A DNA stretch of 64,000 bases from Eledone cirrhosa (lineage: Eukaryota): positions 79,112,001-79,176,000 of the forward strand of contig OZ024742.1 in NCBI GenBank assembly GCA_964016885.1. The letters are read 5' to 3'. Shown piece after piece: positions 1-13,708 of the stretch (positions within the stretch are counted from its first letter, which is position 1; every line of letters begins with the position of its first letter). The position numbers were made by a program, and so were the translations under genes. The notes under the pieces are model-generated. The model was not told where the DNA came from. It worked only from the letters and a program-made list of their open reading frames with translations, and made no database searches.

Positions 1-1021
1 AGATAAGTTTATAATTGTTTCTACTATTGGCACAAGGCCAGAAATTATCCAGTACATTACTGGTAGATAAGTTTATAATAATATGTAGAGGGAAACAGAA
101 AGGTGAATATGTAAATGGAAACATAAAAATGATACACTCAGTACACATGATCATAAACTGAACTTTTCTTATAACACAGCATGCCAAAAGGAAACATTAA
201 TGCAAACATAAATGTCTAAATACTTGAGAAAGACTTGTATAATACTTTTTCCGATTTTTTAGATTTCATTTTTTAGTTTTAGGAAGAGTACCCAGCCATA
301 GAAAGCATGCTAACAACGGAATGCACAAATAAGTTGTGGTTGTCCAATACATTAAGAAATGCAGTAACTCCAAATAAGAACTCCTCATAAAAAGCTGATG
401 GTGAGATTAAAGGTGAAGCATTATATTTTGTATTTACATTTACAGTATATTTCAATAGATGCAATCTGATAATCAGGTGTCTTTACTCTCGATTGGTATC
501 TAGTACTAAACTTTGTTTCTAAACTAAGGCTATTAATGTATTTGCTTCTTTGTTTTAGAGATAGAATTATATTTTGCATTAAAAGTTGGTAATTAATTAT
601 TTACGTGTAATTCAGCTTCTTTCTTTGTTAGCCACTGATATGTACGAGGGTTGACCAAATGAGCATTATTTTTCAACATAGATTTCACAGCTCTAGCAAA
701 ACTTCATAGTCAGCCTATGAATTTTGCAGCCAACCCTTGTATCTATTGTTTCCACTGGTCCCAATTCTGCAACAGTCAGTTGCATATCAAAAGCTGCAGT
801 TTCAAGTCCTCTGGAATATATTCTTGCATTAAAAGAAGACATCTTAAATCAGATGCAATTAAATTACCATTTAATTAGTCTTACTTAGTCAATATAGCAA
901 GAATATCAGTTATCAATGGATACTCCTGAGTTGTGTTAAGGGGGGGGGGGGGGGTTAAACAGTTAAAAAAGATACTCAATATATTGGTAGAGTATATGCA
1001 TCTTTATTATATACAAAATTT

Positions 1022-1071
1022 ACTTCTACAGGACTAGAAACGTTTCATTTGTATAAAATTATCAGGAATGT
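1022..1071 (-). ncRNA. Degenerate type I hammerhead ribozyme (family A; core CUGAUAA)
   Basis: Minus strand reads ACATTC-CTGATAA-TTTTATACAAAT-GAAA-CGTTTCTAGTCCTG-TA-GAAGT, homologous to the intact copy at 63937-63987; ACTC...GAGT hairpin downstream at 974-993. Confidence 0.65.
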
Positions 1072-1117
1072 CAGATAAAGTTGGCCAGTTATAACTGTCT
1101 CAGTTGGTAAGTGATAT

Positions 1118-1452
1118 ATCATCATTTCATTTTACGTCCGCTTTTCCCTGCTTGCAACGGTGGGACCGGAACTGAATCTGGCTTGATTTCTACAGCTGGA
1201 TGCCCTTCCTAACACCAACCTCATTTACAGTGAGTGCTGGGTGCTTTTTTGCCGTGGCACCTCCACGACCACTTTGCAGTGGAATGATATGGACCCCAGT
1301 CCCTATCATCTCATTTCTACAGCTGAGTAAACTGGAGCAATGTGAAATAAAGTGTCTTGCTCAAGGAAACAACACATCACCCGGAATGAGAATTGAACTC
1401 ACAACCTTTCGATTGCAAGGCCAATGCTCTAACCACTAAGCCATGTGCCTCC
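1118..1452 (-). mobile_element. tRNA-derived SINE (family 1) with RTE-type 3' tail
   Basis: A-box TGGCTTAGTGG, B-box GAGTTCAATTC, central CCTTGAGCAAGACACTT motif, 3' end shared with the RTE at 25500-25675; near-identical to 4636-4971. Confidence 0.85.
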
Positions 1453-3737
1453 ATATATATATATATCATTTTTACATCAACTTTTCCTTGTCGGTATAGG
1501 TTGGACAGTGCAGTCCATAAAGTGATTGGCATTAGGAAAAGTATCCAGCTGTAGAAACCATGCCAAAATATAGAATATATGAGCCAGATGTAATGACCTG
1601 TTCAATCCATGCTAGATGATAATGATAATTGTGTAATATATATATATGAGAGAGAGAAAGAGAGAGAGGAGGGACTATAGTGGTGCAGATTTTGAATAGC
1701 TGGGGGAAAAATACCTTATGAGAATGTTCAGGATACTAAATACCATAAATAATTTCACAGTGAGGTCCACTTAATATAAAAGAAATCAATAACTTATAAT
1801 GCTTCCCTCTTCTTGCATTAATATTTGTCTCTCTCTCTCTCTCCCCTCTCTTGTGCTCACTCCCCATCCCCTTTCTGTTTTTCTGAACCTTTCTCATATG
1901 TCTTCAATATTTACAATCTTCTGGGTGGTTTGGAAATGGTCAGGATCTCCATATGCAAACTAATAAATGGTAGATTTATTGGCAATCATTTGACCTTTGT
2001 GACCCTATGGTAATTTATTGTCACCTTACACCTTCTCAACCAGACACTGACTGTCATCTTGTCTGCAAGGAAAAGCTTGATGGGTCAGCTTACATCTTTC
2101 ACAAATCACACAAGGAAGACAAAGGGAAAAAGAAAGAGTTAGAGAATGGGTTTATATAGGCATGTGCACATATACACAAACAAAAACACATATGCTGTTT
2201 ATGTATGTGTGTGTGCGTGTGCAAACATTTTTCTTTTTCTTTTATGGGCAGGTTAGGGGAGGGATGTAGGAGTGAATTTGCAGATTCTGTTATAGAGTGT
2301 TGGATAGAATGCCTTGCAGTATATCTGAGTTCAAATCTCATCAAGGTCAACTTTACAGTTATCCATTTGACTGATAAATAAAAAACCTAAGCAAAAGCAG
2401 TTGATTATATGTATATGGTTATGTGTACATGCATATATGTGTGTTTGTGTATCTTAGATAGTGTTATATATATACATACATATATATATATATGTATACA
2501 TATATATATATATATATACAAACATATATATATATATATTATATATATATATATATATATAAACAAACCCATGCAAGCGGGGAAGATGGACATTAAACGA
2601 TGATGATGAAAGAGGGTGTGGTAAGATACCAGGTGGACCGTAATGCACCAGAGTACTCAATTCTTAAGGTAGTACAGTGGGTAATAGGTAACAAGTACTT
2701 ATTTTTTTAAAGTCTGGTGCTCATTTTATCAATCTCTTTTAGTTGAACTGCTAATTTATAGGACATAGACAATAAATGTAAACACACACATGCACACATA
2801 TAGATACCCATCACACATACACACATACACATCATCATCATCGTTTTTATGTTTGCTTTTCATGTTTGCATGGGTCAGACAGGTCCTTCTCAGCACAGCA
2901 TCTCTCCACTCATTGCGTTCCTTCATCATCTCCCCTGCCAGTCTTAGTGATTAGAGGTCAGCTCTCACAACCTCTGCCCAGGTAATATATATATATATAT
3001 CAGACAGGCATGTACACATTTTCTGTTAGTGAAATTTCCCTCACATAACACTTGCGCAAGATGCCACAATGTAGGACTGAACCCCAAACCATATGGTTAC
3101 ATAGTGAACTCTTTACCACAAAGCGATGTCTCTGCCTATTACATATATCTATCATTTAATGTATGTTAAATGATTGAAGGGTTGGGCAAGTTAGTATTTA
3201 ATGGGAGTTACCGACCTTTTTGAAGGGTGGCTGAATGCACAGTGCATAAACATATTCAACTTTACAGGGTGTATTGAGTGCATTTTATTTTACCAACACT
3301 AGAAAGATTGTGGTGCTTTTGATGCAACACACACATATGTTGTATACAACTGTGTTCCAGCAAGTTTATCTTCTTTGTCCAGGTCTTTTACATATTTTCA
3401 AAGGAGTTCTTGAAAGTGTTTGGAAAGAAGAAAAGAGAGTTGATGCTATAAATCTACAATTGAAAACTAGGGAAATGCCACCCCTGTGCATACCCACCAC
3501 CACCATCACTATTTCCATTAATGTACCCAGGCTATAGCAAAATTATTTTGCTCAATAAAGACAATGATAATGAAATACTGAAATTTCTCCTAAAACATCA
3601 CACATGAATACATGAAAATACATAAATGGTAATTAGGCTCACAATATATATAAATACATATCATCACCATCATCATCATCGTTTAACTTCCATCTTCCAC
3701 GCTTGCATGGGTTTATATATATATAAATCTTATATAT

Positions 3738-3769
<32 letters not shown>

Positions 3770-3780
3770 GTGTATATATA

Positions 3781-4550
3781 CACATGGCTTAGTGGTTAGA
3801 GCATTGTTGTTTACTCGAGAGAAGGCTACGTTGGTACGGTCACGTGATGCGCATGAAAGACGACAGCTGTATAACAAAGTGCAGGGCAATAAAGATAGAC
3901 GGTAGCCACGGAGTAGGCAGACCCAGAAAAACATGGGACGAGCTGATAAATTCCGACCTCACACGCTTACACCTCTCCAAGACAATGTCACTGGACTGAG
4001 ACCTTTGGCGGTACTCAGTAATAGAGAAGACCCGCCTTACCTAAATACAAAGTAAAAACCTACTACAGTCAGTAGGCATCTCTATCAAAACACACCCCCG
4101 TCCCACCACATCCACCCCACCCACACCGCCCCTTTCAATGTAAAGTTATGTTGGTCCCACAACATCCAGGCCGAAACAAATGAGATCGTGTAGGTGTCAC
4201 GACAAAAAACACACAGTCCACGCTGTAAATGTGACCGTGTAGGCAACACGGTAAAAACCTCCCAGCCCCACACTGTAAATGTGGTTGGTGTTAGGAAGGG
4301 CATCCAGCTGTAGAAAACCCGCCAGACAGACCACGCTGTAATGTGGCCGTGTACGCAACACGGTAAAAACCTCCCAGCCCCACACTGTAAATGTGGTTGG
4401 TGTTAGGAAGGGCATCCAACTGTAGAAAACCCGCCAGACAGTCCTATGCGAGCAAGACAACCACTCTTGCCTCAAGTGGGAAAACCCCCGTCCAAACCCA
4501 TGCAAGCGTGGAACACGGACGCTAAACCTGATGATGATGATGATGATGAT
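3781..4550 (+). mobile_element. Chimera: SINE tRNA head (3781-3806) fused to RTE LINE 3' end with internal tandem duplication
   Basis: CACATGGCTTAGTGGTTAGAGCATTG joins TTGTTTACTCGAGAGAAGG (matches RTE ~25038 onward); 3' UTR segment duplicated ~4215-4440; (GAT)n tail. Confidence 0.8.
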
Positions 4551-4635
4551 ATATATATATATATATAAATCGTATATATATATAAATATATATATATAAA
4601 TCGTATATATATATATATATACGATTTATATATAT

Positions 4636-4971
4636 GGAGGCACATGGCTTAGTGGTTAGAGCATTGGCCTTGCAATCGAAAGGCTGTGAGTTCAATTCTC
4701 AGACCGGGTGATGTGTTGTTTCCTTGAGCAAGACACTTTATTTCACATTGCTCCAGTTTACTCAGCTGTAGAAATGAGATGATAAGGACTGGGGTCCCTA
4801 TCATTCCACTGTAAAGTGGACTTGTAGGCGCCACGGAAAAAAAGCACCCAGCACTCACTGTAAATGAGGTTGGTGTTAGGAAGGGCATCCAGCTGTAGAA
4901 ATCAAGCCTGAATCAGTTCCCGTCCCACCCTTGCAAGCAGGGAAAAGCGGACGTAAAATGATGATGATGAT
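4636..4971 (+). mobile_element. tRNA-derived SINE (family 1), full length
   Basis: GGAGGCACATGGCTTAGTGG start, B-box, (GAT)n tail, inserted in (TA)n; 5'-truncated copy at 27541-27808. Confidence 0.85.
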
Positions 4972-5028
4972 TATATATATATATATATATATAAATCGTA
5001 TATATATATAAATATATATATATAAATC

Positions 5029-5070
<42 letters not shown>

Positions 5071-5107
5071 TGTATATATATATATATATATATAAATTGT
5101 ATATATA

Positions 5108-5487
5108 CAGGCTATAACAGAGGAGTTCAAGACCGGCTGCCCCTGGGAACTCCTATATGCTGATGATCATAGCTGAATCAATGGCTGAACTAGAGAAGAA
5201 ATTCCAAACATTAAAGTTAACTTGTCTAAGACTAAAGTTCTAGTTTGTAGGAAGGAAAATAGGGCACCTGGGAAATGGCCATGCTCAGTGTGTATGAAAG
5301 GAGTAGGCAGAAACTCCATTTTATGTCCCAAATGTGAAGTATGGGTGCATAAAAGATGTAGTGGGATCACAGGTAAGCTAACTAAGAATATAGATTTTAT
5401 ATGTGGCCGGTGCTCTGGTGCAATAAGTAGCAGCAAGTGCCCACAGAATACTAGCTCATTCCATTGCACAGATGGTTCAATAGAAAT
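5108..5487 (+). mobile_element. RTE LINE internal fragment (RT YADD through PHD-like finger)
   Basis: Matches 24270-24697 with deletions; translation includes KWPCSVC...CPKCEVWVHKRCSG...FICGRC. Confidence 0.9.
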
Positions 5488-5530
5488 CATATATATATAT
5501 ATATAAATCATATATATATATATATATATA

Positions 5531-5778
5531 TCATCATCATCATCATCATCATCGTTTAACGTCCATGTTCCACGCTTGCATGGGTTTGGATGGGAGTTTT
5601 CCCACTTGAGGCAAGAGTGGTTGTCTTGCTCGCATAGGACTGTCTGGCGGGTTTTCTACAGCTGGATGCCCTTCCTAACACCAACCACATTTACAGTGTG
5701 GGACTGGGAGGTTTTTACCGTGTTGCCTACACGGCCACATTACAGCGTGGACTGTGTGTTTTTTTGTCGTGACACCTA
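5531..5778 (-). mobile_element. RTE LINE 3' UTR fragment
   Basis: Reverse complement of ~25425-25675 including the (GAT)n tail. Confidence 0.85.
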
Positions 5779-5807
5779 TATATATATATAAATCATATAT
5801 ATATAAA

Positions 5808-5844
<37 letters not shown>

Positions 5845-6090
5845 CATATATATATATATATAAATCATATATATATATATAAATTCTTATATATATATAT
5901 ATATATATAAATCTTAGATATAAGCTCTGTAACCTACATAGAGCACTCTTTTTTCCTGGACCTTTCCGACGGAATTACTTCATATATATATATATATATA
6001 TAAATACATATATATAAATCTTATATATATAAATCTTATATATATAAATCTTATATATATAAATCTTATATATATATATATATATATAAT

Positions 6091-6376
6091 TAGACCTGTA
6101 GACCTTGCTCACATTCCAACCAGCTTTGGTCTTTATTCTCTCTCGTTCACGATTTCACCGAACTTATATTCATGGAAATTTGGGACATGACTCATTCTTC
6201 CCCACTTTTCGTTGCTTCACCATCTTTGTTTGTTTACACTCTCGCTGTCCCCTTTATTTATGTGTCCCAATGACTTTTGTTAGCCGTTGCTCGCACCAAC
6301 CGGAGGTATATGGTCTTTAAAGCGAAGAAATACCCATGATGGTTGGAAGATCACTGATGAAGGACCACTTTATTCA
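6091..6376. mobile_element. Interspersed repeat in (TA)n, same family as the foldback at 60716-61210
   Basis: Direct similarity (TAGCCGTTGCTCGCACCAACC...GGTTGGAAGATCACTGATGAAGGAC). Confidence 0.75.
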
Positions 6377-6408
6377 TATATATAATATATATATACATAC
6401 ATATAAAT

Positions 6409-6446
<38 letters not shown>

Positions 6447-7356
6447 CATATAAATCTTATATATATATATATATATATACATACATATAAATCTTATATA
6501 TATATATATACATACATATAAATCTTATATATATATATATATATATACATACATATAAATCTTATATATATATATATATACATACATATAAATCTTATAT
6601 ATATATATATATATATATATACATACATATAAATCTTATATATATATATATATATACATACATATAAATCTTATATATATATATATATATAATACATATA
6701 TATATTATGATGATGATGATATACAATTGAACTCTTTTGTGCGAATGAGCCTGCATCCTGAAAAAATGGACGTTAAACGGTGATGATGATGATGATATGC
6801 AGGCACACTCACACAAAAGAGCTTCATTGTCTTCTGTTAAATCTTCAGAAAAGTGAATGAATCAATGAGGGTGGCAGTGTTGTTAGAAGTTTTAAGAATA
6901 GCCTGAAGAGAAGAAATGATTGAACAGAGATAACGAAAGTGGGGAACAGAAAAGTATATAAGACAGGAGACCCTAGGTGTGGATGGGAGGAAGGTTTGAC
7001 AAAGACAAATAACCATATACACACACATACATATAGATAAACACATATATATATATATATATATATATAGCAAAAGAGGTAGAGTAAAACAAGGTACTGA
7101 ATAAGATACAGGTGGAAATGAGAGAGCGAGAGAGAGAAAATGGTTGATAGGCATACATATTGTAAGCAATAGTATATTGATAGAGAGAGGGAGAAAGATA
7201 GAGAGAGAGAGAAAGAAAGAGACAGAGATGAGTAGACAGATAAACATAAACAGCAAAAGACATCAACCTCAACACTACTGTTAATAGAAGAGTGGGAGAT
7301 TGATTCTTCAAAGAGAAATCGAAAATAGATTACAGTGACAGAAGAAATAAGTATGT

Positions 7357-7394
<38 letters not shown>

Positions 7395-7539
7395 ATGCGT
7401 CAGTGTGTGTGTGTACATACACAGATCTGTGTACATGCACATGTGTTATATGTGAGAGAGCATGCAAAGGATTATGGCATTTTGTGAGAAAGGAACTATT
7501 CCAGTTCAGCTAGCTTGTGATAATGCATAGATGGATGGA

Positions 7540-7975
7540 TTGGCAACTGTTGGTGAAGAATGGTTGATGGTTTCAGTGGTGGAGTGAAGGCTAGGTGGTT
7601 ACAGTAATGAGCAGAAAGGCTTGTGATTAGAGTGATGGAGTAAATGTTATGTGGTTATAATGATAGAGTGAATGCTAGGTGGCTATAGTAATGGAGAGAA
7701 TGGTTGGTGGTTTCAGTGATGGAGTGAATGCTGGTAGGCTAAAGAGATGGGGTTAAAGGCTGGTGTAACAGTGTTGGATATGATGGTTTGTGGTTACAGT
7801 CTTGAACAGAATGGTTGGTGGCTACAGTGGTGGACAGAGCAGTTGATGGTAACTGATGGAGTGAATGGTTAATTGCTAGAATATTGAAGTGAATGGTTGG
7901 TGGTTACAGTAATGGTTAATGGTTACAGTGATGAACAGTGTGGTTCGTTGATGGCTTGTAATTCGTTGGCTGATT
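7540..7975 (+). repeat. Degenerate ~28-30 bp tandem repeat (GAATGGTTGGTGGTTACAGTGATGGAGT-like)
   Basis: Repeated GAATGG/GGTTACAGT motifs at regular spacing. Confidence 0.7.
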
Positions 7976-10900
7976 CAGTGAAAGAAGAGTTAAAGTGGAA
8001 AAATAAAAAAATAGATGTAGTGGATATTATACAGATTCCATTACATATGTCACCTAAGCTAATTAGCAATGAAGTTGACTTTTCTGGAGTTAAGGAAGCC
8101 AGAGTAAGAAGGGGGCAGAAACAGTTTAGAGCTGTTTCTGTGGGTGGTAGACTTAGCACTTACACTGCATTTAGCAGGGTCCACTCTATTACAAGTATTG
8201 AGGTCAAGTTTCAGGCTTGATATTACATCTTTCCCTCTATCTGAGCAGTCTCAAAATTTCTGAAAAGAGGCCAGCCTTTCCCTTCCTCACCAAATAGAGA
8301 TCTACATGATAAACACATCCAATACATGCTATAAAGGGGTTGGTGTTAGGAAAGGCATCCAGCTATAGAAAACTTGCCAAACAAAGTGTGTGTGTGTGGG
8401 GGGGGGGGGTTACATAAAAATCGGATGAGAAAAAAAACAAAAACAGGGCGGGCTGAAGAGTTCATAGGCTGACTATGAAGGAGTGATGCTAGAGCTATGA
8501 AATCTTGCATGCATTAATTTCAACTCTTCTTATTAATAACTGCATTATTTCTTTCCAGGGACTATGTTGAAAAATAAACCTCATTTGGTTATTCCATAAG
8601 AGTATCCTGGTCAGCATATGAACTTTTCAGCTGACCCTCATAGTATACATGATGATAAACAGTCCGCCTGATACAGAACCCTCGAAAAGACACAATCGAG
8701 GAACCCAACAAACCCGTAGTAACCCAGATCACCATAAGCCTGTGCCCTCATATGACTTTCCTTCTTTGATACATAAGCTCATGCTAAAAGTAGAACCATT
8801 CACTCTTGTTAATCAGCCATATTTTATAGAATTCACTGGAAGACAGTACCCTCTTTATTTTCACATTATTTTTCAAGTTGAACTTAAAAACATTGATGAA
8901 AGCTTGACTGAAGTGTTGGTCCTCAGACCTATCAATCTTTTCCACCATACATCTTTTACTAGAGCCATCAGACAGAGAAACTTCTCATTATTCCCAATTC
9001 AAGGAGAGCAGTTTCTTCAAGACGTACATGGCCAATAACTGGATCTGTCCTACATGTGACAGCTTACACTGGCCATAACTCTACAGATCAGTGATGCCCA
9101 GACATTGAATGAATGCATGCAGAATGGTTTTGATGCCTTAGCCTTGATGGTGTCATCATTTTGTTTCACTTCAAATACTACCAGCCAATATGATGGAAGA
9201 CTAAATTATTTTTAAATGCACATACCCAACACACAGAGCTAAGTGTACTCAATTGTGCACTGAAATATATATTATAATAAAGCAACTGGAATATCAACAA
9301 CAACAATAATAATGATAGAGTAATGAAAACAGATGTTACTTAATGTAATACACTATATTTACCTATTTTCCCTATGGATCTCATGTTTATATAAATAACT
9401 ATGCAGAAATGTGAGAGGTATTTATATATATATGTTTTTTTTTTGTTGTATTTTTAACATTGATGCACTATAAATATGTATTAATCTCTGTGTCAAAATG
9501 ATAAAATTTATAAACATACATATGCATGTATATTAACATGTATGTCATCATTTTATATCCACATTTCATGAGTTGGATGGTTCAAGACTTGAACAGGCAG
9601 AAGAGATCCCATCTTACTCACACATTCCACACTTGGCAAGGTTTCTACAGTGTGATGCTCTACATAATTTTAACTATAGTGCAGAATGTACTGGGTACAT
9701 TTTATCATAGTATCAACTCGAAAGAGGGTGTAATATTCTCAACCAGACTGAAGAGTCCTCTCCACCTTTTATTGTCATCATTCAATTGCCAACTACTTCA
9801 CAGAATGTACTGGTGTATTTTATCATGACAGTGGTACTAACACTTTAAAGAGTGTACTAGATGTATTATATTGGTATAGTGGTGTATTGGGGAACCAACA
9901 GGTTTTCAAATGTGCATCAATATTGGGGAGTTTTTCCTAACCTACATTTTTTCTGATTGATCGCCAGTAACCTATTTTAGAAATTATACTGGGTGCATTT
10001 TATCATGGCACCAACACATATGTGTATTATATAATATATATCATCATCATCATCTAACGTCTATCTTCCACGCTAGCATATATATATATATATATATATA
10101 TACATACACATGCTCTTATGCACACATATACACATGCATATCACACAGATATACGATTGTGAACCAAATACAATTTTGTAATTATTGTCATTGGTAAATG
10201 CATGTCTGTCATTTCTCATTTCTTCTTTAATAAATCTTCAGATCTATGCTGATTTTACAAGTCATCATTACAACCAATTGTCATTAACCCTTTCATTACA
10301 ATATTTCTAATGAAAAGCACTGCTAATAATTTTCAGTCCATTTGGAAAATAATCAGGAATAATCATATAACTTTCTCACTCATCAGTTGAACCCCAACCT
10401 TGCTGAATATCTAAAAACCAGCTGGCACCCTAATATAATGCACTCAGTACACTCTGTAAAGTGTTAGTGCCAGTGTCATGATAAAATACAGCCAGTACAT
10501 TCTGTAAAGTGGTTGGCGATTGAATGGCGACAATAATAGGTAGACCTCACTCTTCAGTTTTCAATGTAACTCTTAAAGGTTCTTACAAAAGATTACGAAG
10601 GAAAGATTTTAGAAAAATTTAAATTACTTTAAAATAAACAGATTTGTATAGTAGAACCAGTGGCAGATTGAACTAGTTTGGTAACAAAATGGTTGTTTCT
10701 AGTTTAAGTTTTCATATTTTGTTCCTGCCTTATTTCAGTGGTGATTCTCATTGTGGGATGTTGAGAACTTTGGTATATATGTGCTCGCATGGCTGTGTAG
10801 TTTTTCTTTCAATCTCACTACACAGCACCTCATATTAGTATTTTCTACTAAGTTATTTGGTAGGTGGAAACTTTGAGGAAGTTCCTCGTATATAGGTGTG

Positions 10901-11124
10901 CACAGGACAAAGACAATGGAAAAAACAATAGAAAGATGGACAATCCCAACTCATCAGTCAACATCTGGAAATCAGTACGATTTTGGCAATTAAGGTTGAT
11001 ACCATTTATTCCAGAGCACATTGGGACATCAAAAAACAGATAGTTATGCTTTTAGGTGAATTACACAAAATATATATATATATATGTCATCATCTTTTTA
11101 ACATCCGCTTTTCCATGCTTGCAT

Positions 11125-11220
<96 letters not shown>

Positions 11221-11222
<2 letters not shown>

Positions 11223-11387
11223 CCGTTATAACGAAATTCACAGGGTACAAGAAATTCGTTGTAACGAAAAATTCTTTATAACGAGATCGACCTATCACAT
11301 CGAGCGCATGGCCTGGGATTGAAAACAATTTCGTTATACTGGAAAATTCGTTATAATGGTATTCGTTACAAGGGAATTTTACCTGTA
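11221..11387. mobile_element. pogo/Tigger-like MITE remnant
   Basis: Multiple inverted CGTTATAACG motifs; right end ...GGAATTTTACCTG-TA. Confidence 0.55.
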
Positions 11388-12237
11388 TATCATCACCATT
11401 ATCATCGTTTTTATTCCGCTTTTCCATGCTTGCATATATATATAACAAATATTATATAGTTTATATTTTTTATCTTCTACAGTTTATAATAATATTAGAC
11501 ATTAAATACCATCTATCTCACACAGTTTATAATGCTATTAAATATTAATATAAATATAGTTTATCATCTAACTGGCTTGTACACTTTCCAAGCTAATCAT
11601 AGTATTTATTGCAAACAAATGTTCTTTAACTCCCGCTGTTATCTTAGTAACGTTTGAAGCTGTAAGAATCTTAACGTTGTTATTTACCAATAGCATTTTG
11701 GTAGTAAATTTAAAAACTAAGAGTAGTTAGTAGGAGTGGTGGTAGGTGTTCAAAATTAATTTCTAGTAGGTTTTTTGTGTTTTGGACAAATGTGATCTTC
11801 AAAATAGTTTGTTTTTTTTTAGTTAATCATACCTCGCATAATATGTTGGACACGGGCGAAGATTGACTAATTTACGATGTGTTTAACATACCAAGCAACT
11901 ACTCTTAAAATTAAACGAAAAAAAAAAGAATATTTTAAGAACTATTAAAAGATTTCAAATGACACTATCTGATACTAATATATCGCATATACTCGAATAT
12001 AGGCTACAGAATATGTGACCAAAGTATCGATGGTTGAAGTGGGTCGACCTATATTTGGGGTCAACATTTTGATGATTTTTCACCAACTTAAATTCTATGC
12101 AAATAAGGTTTGGATTTTTTCCAATTCCTCAGACATACAATAGTGGAGTAGGCTTATATTCATATCGACTTACATTGTAATTAAAAACGAAAATTTCATG
12201 GAAGACATGAACAACATTGAAATTACCTTATATAATA

Positions 12238-13190
12238 CTAGCAGTAAAGCCCGGCGTTGCTCGGGGTCGCTCAGTAGCTGTGTTAAAGTTACAATGTTAA
12301 GTTTCTTTCTTGGCTTAAAAACTGTAGTGTCTACTGTGCAGACTTGCATGTGGTGTTTTTGATTAATATTCCCTCAACCAACAATATGCCTTATGAAGTT
12401 AAGAAAACATAACGATAACCCGAATGTTATAACAAAAGAGGATGCTGGGGATAGAAACTGCACTGGTTATTTATTAACAAAGATCGAAAATGTAAACACG
12501 GCAACGCAGAGAAAAACATTAGCGTAACCAAATTATCAGTTATGTCTGTCTGCACGCCTATATCACCTCTCTGCATGACTATCTGTCTGCACGCCTATAT
12601 CACCTCTCTGCACGACTGTCTGTCTGCACGCCTATATCACCTCTCTGCACGACTATCTGTCTGCACGCCTATATCACCTCTCTGCACGACTATCTGTCTG
12701 CACGCCTATATCACCTCTCTGCACGACTGTCTGTCTGCACGACTGTCTGTCTGCACGCCTAACGACGAAATATTTGCTTGTTTTACGTAGTCTTTAAATA
12801 GACTTGTTTTCAAGTAAAAATATTGTTTTAAAATGCTTTTATATGGAAATGAAGCAAAACGGAAGCTTAGTGTTCGAACTGATGAATTTTGCAGGTCAAT
12901 ATTTTGCTGGCTCGACAACTGTTAAAGCCAGCGTAATTTTTTACGTAAGACGCTCAATGTAAACAGAACAAAGGGAAATAACTGATAACTTACGCTCAAA
13001 AATCGATACATTATATTCGATTTCGTCACATAGGGTGGGTGAATTTGAAATTTTTTTTTTTTCCGATGTCTTCGCTAGGGCTCAATGTACAAATATAGCA
13101 ATTTCGGTGCAATTCCGTGAGAGATTCTAAGAGGAGATGTGTGCCAAAAATCGATAGACAGACAGACAACCACAGTTTTATATATATAGA
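12238..13190 (-). mobile_element. Non-autonomous Helitron
   Basis: Minus strand starts A|TC (13190) and ends CCCGAGCAACGCCGGG hairpin, short spacer, CTAG|T (12238); no TSD; flanks rejoin into Merlin-associated sequence. Confidence 0.8.
12543..12760 (+). repeat. 37-bp minisatellite, ~5.5 copies, inside the Helitron
   Basis: Unit TGTCTGTCTGCACGCCTATATCACCTCTCTGCACGAC; CACGCC at 12553 and 12590. Confidence 0.9.
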
Positions 13191-13332
13191 TTAGGGCTTT
13201 CCTTGTCTTTGATCTGAGAATGTAATCCTTCGTGATTGCTAATGTGTTGCTGGCGATTTGAGAGAGTTTGATATAAATTGGCTGTCTCAATAAAAACTTG
13301 GTGAAGAAGATTTTCATCATTTTGATTTGAAG

Positions 13333-13708
13333 AAATGAATATCTTTCTAGGTACATGTTATAGATATTTTAACCATATATCTGGCCTTTTCACCCACTCT
13401 TTTAATTCCTTCGAAGATCTTTTAATATTTTCCGTATGAATGTCTTTATAGTTTTGGTCTACAATTTTTTTAGATGGGTTAATATTAATAGCCCAAAGCG
13501 TATTACCTTAAACTACTTAAATTCTTGTAGGCAGCCCATGAATTACGATAAATACCTGAGCCAGGTTTAATATAGTTTTTTGTACGAGAGGAACCAGTTA
13601 ATGCTACAACAAAGCATTGTTTACACACTCGCTCCATCCCACCAAATCTGGCTCAAAACCTAACCTCTCGTATTTGCAGCGAACTATCAATGTTTCATCA
13701 ATTTCCAC
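13333..13708 (-). pseudogene. Merlin (IS1016/IS1595-like) DDE transposase relic
   Basis: Frameshifted translation VEIDETLIVRCKY / FGGMER..CFVV / YIKPGSGIYRNSWAAY..L / HTENIK..KELK / YLERYSF follows the Merlin motif order (VEIDE, FGG, PG.TI.SD.W.AY, HT.NIE, YL.EF). Confidence 0.8.

Noticed and set aside
283-390. Possible terminal exon EEYPAIESML...*
   Set aside because: Only an AG acceptor-like site and 35 codons; no homology recognised
1200-1439. Recurrent MPFLTPT... ORFs
   Set aside because: Antisense translations of SINE and RTE 3' ends
4636-4710. tRNA gene
   Set aside because: A/B boxes belong to a SINE head continuing into SINE body and tail
10355-10395. CTGATGA...GAAA on the minus strand
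   Set aside because: No stem II or stem I pairing; CTGATGA at 5160 is the RT YADD codons
12543-12760. CRISPR-like 37-bp repeats
   Set aside because: Head-to-tail with no unique spacers, eukaryotic context, no cas genes
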